A stretch of 64,000 bases of DNA, taken from positions 21,390,001 through 21,454,000 of the forward strand of contig OZ024764.1 in the NCBI GenBank assembly GCA_964016885.1. Reading direction: 5' to 3'. This stretch comes from Eledone cirrhosa. Lineage: Eukaryota. Below the pieces are notes generated by a model. It searched no databases. It had not been told where the DNA came from and saw only the letters and a list, made by a program, of their open reading frames with translations. This document shows positions 1 through 10,725 of this stretch, piece after piece (position 1 is the first letter of the stretch; every line of letters begins with the position of its first letter). Position numbers and translations under genes: made by a program.

Positions 1-528
1 GTTCAAACCTTGATGATACAGCCTTTAACTGTTGTTTCAGATCACCTGACATTTCATTAATCTGTTCAGCAACAGTGTTCCTGGTTAATGAAATGTCTTT
101 GAATAACTCTGCTTTCTCTGGACAATTTCAGCTGTTTTTACAAGACATTGCTTTACAAAATCTCCTTCACTGTAAGATTTCCCACTCATGGCAATCATTT
201 GACTGAGTTCATAGCTTGCAGTAACAGAAGTCACATCCTCTTCCTGAATTAACATAAAACAGGTCTGTTGCTGTGTCAAGTTAGACTTCAATTCCTTGAG
301 TCTTGAAACACACATTGGGCCTTCATATTTATCGTAAGATCGTGGGTTTGTTTCATAATGTCTTTTTAAATTGTACTCTTTTGGTGTGGACATGTAGTTG
401 TTGCAAATTAAACAGTGTATCTTTCTGTTCAGCGTTGAGCAAAAATACTGTAATTCCCACTTTTCTTGAAACACTTGCCCTTCTTCGTTCAATTTCCTTT
501 TTCTCTTAGCTGGAGGAGCACTAACCAT
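1..528 (-). pseudogene. Frameshifted N-terminal part of hAT transposase (GTF2IRD2/SPIN-like)
   Basis: ORF 85..789 contains FQEKWELQYF, CLIC..KEYNLKRHYET and GKSYSEGDFVKQCL. A frameshift near 122 moves PEKAELFKDISLTRNTVAEQI into another frame. Confidence 0.85.
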
Positions 529-751
529 TTCAAAAACAAAATCTTTTGAAATTTTGAAAGAAAGTTTTCTGTTAATGAGCTGCACGTGATTAATGGAAGT
601 TAAAAGTAGTTGACAAAAATTGCACCAAAAAAACAATTGTATCGAAAATGTTCTAAATTTTATATTACGAAAATGAAACATGCTCGCACTGTAAAAACCT
701 TTGTGTGGGCCGCAGGTTTGCTTGCCAAGGGCCGCATGTTTGACATGTCTG
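1..751 (-). mobile_element. hAT (Buster/SPIN/Charlie-type) DNA transposon, 5' part, truncated by window start; duplicate of 6007-6755
   Basis: Minus strand begins CAGACATGTCAAACATGCGGCCC at 751, flanked by ATGTAGGT (752-759). It encodes MVSAPPAKRKRK...CLIC...KEYNLKRHYET (BED-like finger) and is colinear with 6007-6755. Confidence 0.9.
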
Positions 752-2343
752 ATGTAGGTTACCAACACTAGGGAGGGCAGCATGTCCATCAGTGTCTTCT
801 GCTACATTAACTACCAGGAGATCACCACATGAGTCAAAGACTACATTTCAAAAAGGGTCATAAAAGAACTAAATACGAAAGTCCTCACAGCAAAAAGCAA
901 ATAATTGAGCTTTGGGTCTAGGTCAAGGGGCAGAAGTGCTGCGCCCTGTGGATAAGACTGCAAAAGTATTCGCCCCGGACGATGGACAGTTACACCCACT
1001 GCAACAGCCACCCCAACCTCATGGGGCACCCTCTTCAGAAGGGCCACCAACGTACTGATCTTACAGATGAGCTTGGCAGTATGGGGTCCAAGTACTTCTG
1101 AGGTCTCGATGGTGACCAGTGTGAAGAGACCTACGAATGATTTCATCCCAGTTATGTTGGACTGTAATATACTGGGGTATAGAGAGGCCTTAACCTGTCA
1201 CAGCCGGGCCACTCAGGGTTGTGTCATCTAGGTACCAGACAGGGGTAACTAGACCATGTTGTCAACTGTCACCACCAATAGGAGTGGGGCGAGTGGGTCC
1301 CCTTGCTAGACACCATATATAAAAACGTATTTGCTAATTACTTTAATGAATAATTTGTTTCATACGTAATTATTACTTTTAACACAATAGGATTTTGTAC
1401 ACGTGTTTGTTTGAAAACATCTTTCAAAGAAGTATGAGACAGTCTTTTGTAGTCTTCTGGAGTTGCGACAGATAGATAGTATTAGCTATTGGAAAGACCA
1501 ATGGAAACATTGTTTCCTCGGTCCGATTTGACGGAAAGTCGATCGTAAAAAAAATACATATATTTATATATATATAGAGAGGGAGAGAAACACACAAACG
1601 TACACTACGGTAAAACATATGTAAGGGGAGACAACTCTAGTTGCATTCACCCTTCTTTTTGATATCCGTTCTTTATGTGTTTTGTACAATGGACTCTGCT
1701 TTATTTTGTGTCCTAAGTAGATTTCTGTTTAAGTATTTACGAGATTCACAATGATTCACGTAACCAAGTTACTTACATAGAGATATATTTCACCTAGAAT
1801 CACAACAAATGAAAATATTAAGTCAACACTCTGTCAATCAGTCTCACATCACATGGGGTGCCGGAGTCTCCCTCTAATACTTTCTGAGGCAGTCTTACCT
1901 CGAGTGAGATCTTTTACTGTCCCTATCCTTTTCTCTAGGTTGTCTTGTACCTCTCACAGTCCCTCTAGATGTTATGTTAAACAGGGAGATCTTTTACTCT
2001 CCAACCCTTCTTTCTCCACATAGTCTTGTATCTATCAGTCCCTCTAGATATTACACCTAGTATCTAGTCTATGTTGAGTGGTACGTCCTTCTCCAGTAAA
2101 GGAGTTAATATTCCCAACCATCTGTCTATCCTGTTTTCTGATGAGAATGAAGTCAATCTAGTTTATCTCTTCACCTGATTGAAGTAACTAGATCAAGTAA
2201 CTAGATGCTTTCCTGTAAGTTAGTGTTGCAGTGTTTGTGTCACCATGTAAGGTTTATATCTATTAATATAGAGATGTAGTAAAGTTTTCACTGTTGTATC
2301 TCTACTTTCTAAATATCTTAATAATGTTTCTCTACTATTTCAG

Positions 2344-2711
2344 AATATCACATGACCTTGACAGAAAAGAGTCTTTTAAAGACAACAGAAAGATGTTACA
2401 TACAAGTGATATAAACTTGTTTAGTCTGTGGTGAATTATGGTGAAATATTTCTTCTGAATTGAGATAAATAACAACATTTTCCTTTTTCACTGTCTGGAA
2501 TATTTACAAGATGATTTTACATTCTGATTAAACTTTGGATATTTACAAAGGAGTTTTCAAAATATTTGGATATTGACAAAGATCACATTTGATAAAATTA
2601 TGAACAATAGAAATATTTACATCAACATAGGAATATTTTCCAGAAGAGATGGGAAAATCATTATACCACTGTAATATTTGTGGTAAAGTATTCTCTCTTC
2701 TTTATATGTAG
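2344..2711 (+). pseudogene. Truncated C2H2 zinc-finger gene exon remnant (half finger)
   Basis: Acceptor-like TTTCTCTACTATTTCAG ends at 2343. 2649-2711 reads MGKSLYHCNICGKVFSLLYM*, matching Y-x-C-xx-C-G-K-x-F-S of Kruppel fingers, but it stops before the His pair. Confidence 0.65.
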
Positions 2712-2839
2712 AATATCTAACTAAACACTTTAACTAACAAACTATTGTGCTATAGAATTGACAAACTTGAGGAATGTTTAATAAATGTTACAGATTTCTC
2801 CAAACTGTCGTTTACTAACTTTAATTTGAAGCTATATTA

Positions 2840-3245
2840 TCTATATACTACTAAAACTCTGTGATTGTGTCTTGTCTGTAATTTAATACAGCTAAAACAG
2901 TGCATAATGGGGAAATACTTTGAAAAGAATAAAACAAGTTTTGTATAAAATGGAGCACAGGTTCCCAAGATACGGGGTTTTCTGGGTACCTTCATAAATA
3001 TAGGGAGAGAAAGAGATAGTGGTTGTGAGAGTGTGGATTGAAAAGGAGAGATAGAAGGAGATGGATGGAAAGCGGAAGAGAGAGAGAGCTGGTGGTGATG
3101 TTTAATAAAATGTGTGCGTATATATATATACATATGTGTCTATATATGTCTATATTTTAACTATTTGAAAATTATTTTTAAGTGAACATGATTTAAAAAT
3201 AATAGTTTTAAGGGAACGTGACCCAACAGGTCCCGGGCGGTCTAG
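2840..3245 (+). mobile_element. Non-autonomous Helitron, full length
   Basis: 5' TC (2840) and 3' CTAG (3242-3245), inserted between host A and T with no TSD. Subterminal hairpin GACC-CAACA-GGTC (~3220-3232), internal GA/TA microsatellites, second copy at 10417-10991. Confidence 0.85.
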
Positions 3246-3430
3246 TTTGTTACCAAATACTAGATATTAGAGGGTCATTTTGTTCTAGATGTGCTGGAAG
3301 AGCCATTCCATCTCGTGAGGCTCACACCAGCAGCTAGCCACCTCAGCACCTATGCTGGTATATTTATTATATTATTTATTCTTTATCATTAACATTAATA
3401 TAAAAGATAATTATATATTTTTAGAGAAGA

Positions 3431-3880
3431 ACCTTTTTGTTGTGACAGCTACAGAACCACTTTACAGTGTAGACTGGGTACTTTTTGTTGTGACACCTAC
3501 ATGACCACTTTACAGTTTGCACTGGGTGCTTTTTGTTGTGACACCTACAAGACCACTTTATAGTGTGGACTGGGTTCTTTTTGTTGTCACCTACATGACC
3601 ACTTTACAGTGTGGGCTGGGTACTTTTTGTCGTAACATCTACATGACCACCTTATAATGTTGACTGTGTGTTCTTTACAGTGTGGGTTGGGTGCTTTTTG
3701 TCATATCTCCTACATGACCACCTCATAATGTTGACTGTGTGTTCTTTGCAGTGTGGGCTGGTTTCTTTTTGTCATATCACCCACATGACCACCTTATAAT
3801 GTTGGCTGTGTGTTCTCTACAGTGTGGGTTGGGTGCTTTTTGTCATATCTCCTACCCAACCACTCTGCAGTGTGGGCAGT
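3431..3880 (+). repeat. Degenerate minisatellite: ~48-bp units followed by three 71-bp units
   Basis: Recurring TTTTTGTTGTGACACCTACATGACCACTTTACAGTGTGGACTGGGT. ACATGACCACC recurs at 3641, 3712 and 3783 (period 71). Confidence 0.9.
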
Positions 3881-3909
3881 GAAATATCAGTAATGCACCA
3901 GCTCCAATA

Positions 3910-4420
3910 TTCAGTAATCAGAAGAAGGGAGGTAGGCATAAAAGCCAAACTTGCTGTCTTCAATTAGTTTTTTGTGCCAACCCTTACCTATGGTCACATA
4001 TCTTGGGTAATGACCAAAAGAATATGATTGCGAATACAAGTGGCAGATATGGGATTCCTCTGAAGGGTCTTTGAAGGAACTTTTCTCATTAAAGTGCATA
4101 GCTCTGAGATCAGAGAGTCACTCCAGGTGGAGCTATTACTTCTCCGAATTGAGAGATCACAGCTGCAATACTATGGCCATGTGGTTAGAATGTCTGAGGA
4201 AAGAATCACTGGATAGATTTTACAGGCTAAACTAACCGGCAGGAGACCCAGGGGTAGACCTGAGCAAGATGGTCACATAACATCCATGAGCTTGGCTGGT
4301 CTCTCTGGGTGATCCAGCCAGATCAGTTGGAGTGGGTTGCTTCTGACAGGACCTGTTGGAGGGAGTGTTTGAGGACTCTGCCCCCAAGACCCTCTCTGGA
4401 ATGACTGGATTAATAAGAAG
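3910..4420 (+). mobile_element. RTE-clade LINE 3' fragment (Rex3/Expander-like), decayed
   Basis: Manual translation through stops gives KAKLAVF..VPTLTYGH.SWVMT..RIQVADMGFL..SSEIRESLQVELLLLRIERSQLQYYGHVVRM..TGRRPRGRP, the C-terminal region of RTE reverse transcriptases. Confidence 0.85.
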
Positions 4421-4712
4421 AGGTTGAGGTTACATAATCAACATCAGATTTCCCTGCTAGCAAGGGTTTAATGAGTCTACTTCAACCAAGTAAGTACTGA
4501 AGTGAGGCTACTGATCTCCCAGACAGACCAAGGATCTGGGACTTATTTACATAAGGTCTCATTTGCTACTGAGTGCACAGAAAAGGTTGTCATGTCTTTG
4601 TCATGATTGAAGGGTTCTCCGACACTATTGTCGGGCAAGCTTTCTATGGCTAGATGTCCTTCACATGACCAACCACATTACAGCCGGTGTTGGGTGTGTT
4701 TATCATGTAGGT

Positions 4713-6755
4713 GAGACATAACAAACTGAGGGTTCCCTAAGGGCCACATAGGTCACATGTGTTGTCTGAGGGTTGCACACTACAACTAATTATGTACACG
4801 ACAACTAATTAAAGTCATTTAATAAAATATATTGCAGAAAGATTTGTTACTTAAATTTAGAATCATACAATGTACATACAAATGTTTTAGCAGCATTCAT
4901 GAATACAAAGTAATGAAGTAGTTTGACAAAAAACTAAAATTTAACATGTCAACATATACTTGCAGATTGTAACAGCAACAAATACATTGTACACAAATAA
5001 CAACAGTTGAAAACTGAACATTTATTTGCTACTATTCAAGCATTTTTAGTGTTTTGTGCTGAGGCTTGACACTTCTTTCTGTTGACTATTTTTGGTATGT
5101 CTGGCTGAAATGTCTACAGTTCCAACTTTAATCAGAGATGACAAGTGTTGATCTGTCAGCCTTGTTCTCTGAGAAGTTTTTGTTAAGCAAAGTACAGACT
5201 CAGTATGGGCAGTGATTTTCAGCTCTTTGCACATAAGAAAATGAATTAAATTTTCATCTGACAACGGAGACTTCCATAAGCTAAGTTTTCTAATGAAGAA
5301 CTTGATGTCATCATACAACTGAGTGATGGGTTTGTTTTTACCTTGTAATTTCAAATGAAGATCAGTTAATTGTGCAGTAATATCCACAAATAAAGCCAGA
5401 TGTTGGAGCCAACTTTCATCTTTTATTTCACCTGTGTTTTGACCTTTCATCTCCAAAAACATAATTATTTCAACAAATAGAATTTTTTCAGCACTTTGTG
5501 ACATGTCAACCAGCAGACTTCTGTGTAGAATGGAACATCGGTGAACTGATTATCCATATCTTCCAACAACTGGCTGAACTGACGGTGGTTGAGAGCACGG
5601 CCTCTGATTTAGTTCACTGTCTTTGTGACCAAGCTAAGCACATGATGCAATTTTAAAATCTTTGAACATAAATTTTGCTGATGAATAATACAGTGAAAAT
5701 GTGCAAATGGTGAATCTAGATATGAGTTTTCTATTTTTGTTTGTAACTTGGCAGCAACACCATTATGTCTACCAACCATATTTGCAGCACTGTCAGTAGA
5801 TAAACATGCAAATTTACTCAGATCAAAACCATGCAGACCCTGCTTGACCTTCTCAAAGATGTCCTGGCTTGTTATAGTGTCATGCATGGGGACCAGTTCA
5901 ATCAGTTCTTCATAAATATTAAATTCACTGTCACAGGCTCTGATGAAGAATGCAAGCTGTACTATTCCAGTGATGTCAACAGTCTCTTCAATATCAATAG
6001 AAACATGTTCAAACCTTGATGATACAGCCTTTAAATGTTGTTTCAGATCACCTGACATTTCATTAATCTGTTGAGCAACAGTATTCCTGGTTAATGAAAT
6101 GTCTTTGAATAACTCTGCTTTCTCTGGACAATTTCAGCTGTTTTTACAAGAAATTGCTTTACAAAATCTCCTTCACTGTAAGATTTCCCACTCATGGCAA
6201 TCATTTGACTGAGTTCATAGCTTGCAGTAACGGAGTGACATTCTCTTCCTGAATTAACATAAAAGAGGTCTGTTGCTGTGTCAAGTTAGACTTCAATTCC
6301 TTGAGTCTTGAAACACATATTGGGGCTTCATATTTATCGTAAGATCGAGGGTTTGTTTCATAATGTCTTTTTGAATTGTACTCTTTTGGCTTGGCGATGT
6401 AGTTGTTGCAAATTAAACAGTGTATCTTTCTGTTCACCATTGGGCAAAAATACTGTAATTCCCACTTTTCTTGAAACACTTGCCCTTCTTCGTTCAATTT
6501 CCTTTTTCTCTTAGCTGGAGGAGCACTAACCATTTCAAAAACGAAATCTTTTGAAATTTTGAAAGAAAGTTTTCTGTTAATAAGCTGCACGTGATTAATG
6601 GAAGTTAAAAGTAGTTGACAAAATTTGCAAAAAAAAATAATTGTATCGAAAATGTTTAAAATTTTATATTACGAAAATGAAACATGCTCACACTGTAAAA
6701 ACCTTAGTGTGGGCCGCAGGTTTGCTTGCAAAGGGCCGCATGTTTGACATGTCTG
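4713..6755 (-). mobile_element. hAT (Buster/SPIN/Charlie-type) DNA transposon with both ends, 2043 bp, defective
   Basis: Perfect 8-bp TSD ATGTAGGT at 4705-4712 and 6756-6763 with central TA (Buster-type NNNTANNN target). Imperfect TIRs GAGACATAACAAAC / CAGACATGTCAAAC (11 of 14 match). Transposase remnants inside. Confidence 0.93.
5046..6533 (-). pseudogene. hAT transposase pseudogene (GTF2IRD2/SPIN-like)
   Basis: Fragments 6201-6590, 5609-6058 and 5046-5504 carry the BED-like CLIC..KRHYET, SIDIEETVDITG.VQLAFFIR (first-Asp region), LSTDSAANMVG (second Asp), HCIIHQ (CxxH), YTEVCWL, LHLKLQGK and RTRLTDQHL. Multiple frameshifts and stops. Confidence 0.9.
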
Positions 6756-8134
6756 ATGTAGGTTACCAACACTAGGGAGAGCAGCATGTCCTTCAGTGTG
6801 TTCTGCTACATTAACTACCAGGAGGTCTCCACATGACACAAAGACTACATTTCAAAGAGGGGTCATAAAAGAACTAAATACGAAAGTACCCACAGCAACA
6901 AGCAAATAATTGAGCTTTGGGTCTAGGTTAAGGGGGCAGAAGTGCTGCGCCCTGTGGATAAGACTGCAAAAGTATTCGCCCCGGGCGATGGACAATGACA
7001 CCCACTGCAACAGCCACCCCAACCTCATGGGACTCCCTCTTCAGAAGGGCCACCAACGTACTGATATTACAGAGGAGCTTGGCAGTATGGGGTCCAACTA
7101 CTTCTGAGGTCTCGATGGTGACCGGTGTGAAGAGACCTACCTACAATTGATGTAATCCCAGTTATGTTGGACTGTAATATACTGGGGTATAGAGAGGCCT
7201 TAACCTGTCTCAGCCGGGCCACCCAGGGTTGTGTCATCTAGGTACTAGACAGGGGTGACTAGACCATGTTGTCAACTGTCAGCACCAATAGGAGTGACGC
7301 GAGTGGGTCCCCTTGCTAGACACCATATATAAAACGTATTTGCTAATTACCTTAGTGAATAATTTGTTTCATACGTAATTATTACTTTTAACACAATAGG
7401 ATTTTGTACACGTGTTTGTTTGAAAACATCTTTCAAAGAAGTATGAGACAGTCTTTTGTAGTGTTTATTATAATAAATTACTGTATGTTGAGCTGTTTTA
7501 CCTTCTCCACCTTCTATTATTTTATAATGTTTTTGTAAAAAAACGATATCTTTTTCATATATATATATGAAGTCATGTGGCTGAGTGGTTAGAGAATTGG
7601 ATTCGGAATTGTGAGGTTGTGAGTTCGATTCTCAGACTAGGCGATGCGTTATATCCTTGAGCAAGACATTTTATTTCACGTTACTCCTTCCACCTGGAGT
7701 TGCAACCGATAGATAGTATTAGCAATTGGAAAGACCAATGGAAACATTGTTTCCTTGGTCCGATTTGACGAAAAGTCGATCATAAAAAATATATATATAG
7801 AGAGAGAGAGAGAGAAACACACAAACATACACTACTGTATTACATATGTAAGGGGCGACAACTCTCGTTACATCCACCCTTCTTTTTGATATACATTCTT
7901 GAGATACTTTGTACAATGGAACCTGCTTTATTTTGTGTCCTAAGTAGATTTCTGTTTAAGTATTTACGAGATTCACAATGATTCACGTAACCAAGTTACT
8001 TACATAGAGATATATTTCACATAGAATCACAACAAATGAAAATATTAAGTCAACACTCTGTCAATCAGTCTCACATCACATGGGGTGCCGGAGTCTCCTT
8101 CTAATACTTTCTGAGACAGTCTTACCTCGAGTGA
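6007..8134 (+). repeat. Direct segmental duplication, copy 2 (paralog of 1-1907)
   Basis: Colinear with 1-1907, and carries an extra ~230 bp (about 7463-7693) absent from copy 1 near 1453. Confidence 0.95.
7569..7695 (+). mobile_element. tRNA-derived SINE, 5' portion
   Basis: Pol III A box TGGCTGAGTGG (7578-7588) and B box GAGTTCGATTC (7621-7631), followed by the SINE-body motif TCCTTGAGCAAGACATTTTATTTCACG. No complete cloverleaf. Confidence 0.8.
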
Positions 8135-8567
8135 TAGCAAGGCTAAGATGTTGGAACTACCAAACAGCCTCATATGTATCACCTGACACCTCGGTAAGGA
8201 GAGCTGCCAACGATAACAAGAACCTCGTTGTCAGGGACCTATCTCCTCCAAACTTCTCCAACACCACAGACTAGAATATTCTACTCTTTATTCCCTATCA
8301 AATATATTTCAGTCTAGTCATTTATCTTGTATCTTGTATATGTATTTTCAAAACTAACTGTCACATTTGTGAGACCCCAGTTAGTGATGTTTTCGTCTCC
8401 CTCCCACATCCTACATGCTGTAGTAAAAGTGAGGGTCACTGCTTCTGTAGACGAACGAAATAAAAGCTAAACTACCAGTAATTATCGGCAAAGTATTTAT
8501 TCCAGTCTGTGATGTTTGAGAAGCTGGGCTGCTGACAACGAAGTTGCTGTCACTGTTGGCAGCTGGC

Positions 8568-8760
8568 TTTACCGAAGTACCCGATGACTCTTGTGAGGGT
8601 ACTTAGCTGTTCTGGTGGTTTAGCCTCCATATGACCCGATCTTACCGAGATACCCGGCGATCTCTGTCAGGGTACTTAGCTGTTCTAGCAACTTAGCCCC
8701 CATATGACACGATCTTACCGAAGTACCCGGTGATCTCTGTAAGAGTACTTAGCTGTTCTA
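8568..8760 (+). repeat. 73-bp tandem repeat, ~2.6 copies
   Basis: ACCGA recurs at 8571, 8644 and 8717; GTACTTAGCTGTTCT occurs three times. Confidence 0.9.
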
Positions 8761-8837
8761 TTTTAATTACATTTACTGATTTCAACTTTCATTTTTTATA
8801 TTACAAACTTTACATAATTTAATTCCGTAAAAATAGT

Positions 8838-8971
8838 TTACGTCACAAAAAAAACATTGAAGCATGCGCAGTGGTGCAGTTGTCGACTTCCTGTCCACGT
8901 GTCAGTCTTCCTACAACATCATTTAGACAACATTTCTGTAAATCCTAAACACCTGAGACTATAATGTAAGT
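8838..8971 (+). promoter_or_regulatory. Candidate promoter and non-coding first exon with splice donor
   Basis: Clustered TTACGTCA (CRE/ATF-like, 8838-8845), GCATGCGCA (NRF1-like, 8862-8870), ACTTCCTG (ETS, 8886-8893) and CACGTG (E-box, 8896-8901), then consensus donor GTAAGT at 8966-8971 and very AT-rich intron-like DNA. Motif evidence only. Confidence 0.5.
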
Positions 8972-9501
8972 ATTATGTCTATTAATATTGTAGATTTAAG
9001 CTCACTTTTCACATCACAAATATATATTTTCTTGTTTGTTTCATTACTGGAAATATAAAATGTTATCGTAATTATCTATATTTTACCTACCTCTAATTAA
9101 TTAAAGTGAACTTTTGTTGTTGCTGAAAAATAAATTAACAAAACTAAATATTTAAATATTCTAAAGGTCGTTTTTATATTATGTGATGATATAATTAATA
9201 TATTTTATTACAATTGTATAAATTTACAGTAGAATAACGTTGTAAATATGTTTTAAATATATACATAAATAACATAAGTGTGTAAATAACATTATAAATT
9301 GCTGGCAATTCCTTGAGAAAGACATTACAAATATATTGTCTAAACTGTGTATAATAATATAATTTATTGAACAATAATGATAAAGGAAAGAAAAACACAG
9401 AGGGAGATGGCAATTGACCACCAAGTGTGATAATAGGCCACACCTCACACCTTAGGGGTTAACTACACACTTTGAGGCAAGCCAACACACTGGCAGCATT
9501 A

Positions 9502-9658
9502 CTAAGGTGTTGAAATAACCAGGTACCCCCACGGGTATCACCTGACACCTCGGTAAGGTGAGGCTAAGGGGCTGAAATAACCAGGTACCCTCACGGGTAT
9601 CACCTGACACCTTGGTAAGGTGAGTCTAAGGGGTTGAAATAACCAGGTACCCTCACGG
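9502..9658 (+). repeat. 62-bp tandem repeat, ~2.5 copies
   Basis: TGAAATAACCAGGTACCC recurs at 9511, 9573 and 9635. Confidence 0.9.
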
Positions 9659-10014
9659 AAACGACTAGATTTGTAGAAAAAGTAGGGTGAAAGTATACGA
9701 AGAGATATAGTTTCACAGATCTACTCACACCTCACGTTGGGTGGGAAATAATTATTTTTCTTAGATTTTTTTCTAGACCTCTTTTCAATATTTTCTCTGA
9801 ACCCCTTAGATACTTGCAATAGACGTTTTATTCCCCAGTATTAGGGTTAGGGTTTCCGTTTTCAGGAAGAAAAGTCGATTGCAAACATCTAAGAGGTCGA
9901 GAAATAAAAATAAGGAAAGATAAGTATTTCCCAGCCAACTGGAGAAGTGTGTAGCTCTTCTAAACTCTGATAATCCTGTCTCCCACTTCTTTATCTACAA
10001 ATCTAGTCGTTTCC
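9657..10014. mobile_element. Palindromic MITE/foldback element with central TTAGGG repeats
   Basis: Perfect 21-bp TIR GGAAACGACTAGATTTGTAGA (9657-9677 / 9994-10014). Inner inverted matches at ~9736-9753 vs 9922-9939 and ~9797-9835 vs 9865-9903. TTAGGGTTAGGGTT at 9841-9854. TSD unclear. Confidence 0.8.
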
Positions 10015-10211
10015 TGCTACTTTGAAGGCCCTATTTATTAATAACACCACTTGTAAATCTTTGTCAACTTTTCATACGTAAATTGTGAATCAGTTATTTT
10101 TAAACAAACTATCAAAGAAGTGATCTCACAGTAACTGTGTTTCATTTAATCAACTTATTCCCCCCAAACATTGTCGACCTTGTGTCTAAATCAGAAACTA
10201 TTATTAGATCT

Positions 10212-10265
10212 TAAATCAACCTCGTAAAGATGAAGGGCAAAGCTAACCTCGGCGGGATTTCAACC
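10212..10265 (-). mobile_element. SINE fragment (B box plus central domain)
   Basis: Reverse complement GGGTTGAAATCCCGCCGAGGTTAGCTTTGCCCTTCATC is homologous to the plus-strand piece at 10277. Confidence 0.6.
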
Positions 10266-10276
10266 CTTTATGTTAT

Positions 10277-10360
10277 GAGTTCAAATCCCACCAAAGTTAA
10301 CTTTGTCTTTCATTCTAAAGGAGTGGATAAATTAAAGTTCCAGTAATCTACTGGGGTCTG
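10277..10360 (+). mobile_element. SINE fragment (B box plus Meta-SINE-like central domain)
   Basis: GAGTTCAAATCCC B box followed by ACTTTGTCTTTCATTCT..GATAAATTAA..CCAGT. The family assignment is from recall of the TTTCATCC..GTCGATAAA motif. Confidence 0.6.
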
Positions 10361-10416
10361 AGATATTAAGGTTTGAGTAGATTCTATCTTTTTGTGTGTT
10401 TGTATTTATAATCTTA

Positions 10417-10522
10417 CTAGAAACCCTGTGACCTGTTGGGTCACGTTCCCTTTAAAAATAATATTTAAATAATTAAAATATACACAGACATGTATATAAT
10501 GTAAAATGAAATCAGTAGGCCC

Positions 10523-10559
<37 letters not shown>

Positions 10560-10677
10560 TGTGTGTGTGTATATATATATATGCGTGTGTGTGTGTATAT
10601 ATATATATGCGTGTGTGTGTGTGTATATATATATATGCGTGTGTGTGTGTATATATATATATATGCGTGTGTGTGTG

Positions 10678-10725
<48 letters not shown>

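Larger units (their letters stand above)
1..1907 (+). repeat. Direct segmental duplication, copy 1 (paralog of 6007-8134)
   Basis: Position 1 GTTCAAACCTTGATGATACA equals 6007. Alignment runs through the transposon end and ~1.15 kb of flank to CTTACCTCGAGTGA (1907/8134), roughly 90-95% identical by eye. Confidence 0.95.

Noticed and set aside
85-789. Host gene GTF2IRD2/EPM2AIP1/ZBED-like domesticated transposase
   Set aside because: It lies within a TIR/TSD-bounded element and is frameshifted. The annotated ORF start is outside the element, and no GTF2I repeats are present.
760-1320. ORFs 841..1146 and 6910..7107 in a GC-richer block
   Set aside because: No recognisable domain, and I see no matching intact ORF in the duplicate copy. 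Probably an unclassified repeat fragment that I cannot assign.
1905-2052. Two diverged ~80-bp direct repeats (GAGATCTTTTACT...CAGTCCCTCTAGAT) at the duplication breakpoint
   Set aside because: Real but only two decayed copies, with no evidence of function or of a causal link to the breakpoint.
7569-7645. tRNA gene
   Set aside because: A and B boxes are present, but there is no good acceptor stem or cloverleaf and it runs into SINE body sequence.
9841-9854. Interstitial telomere or chromosome fusion scar
   Set aside because: Only two TTAGGG units, located inside a MITE.
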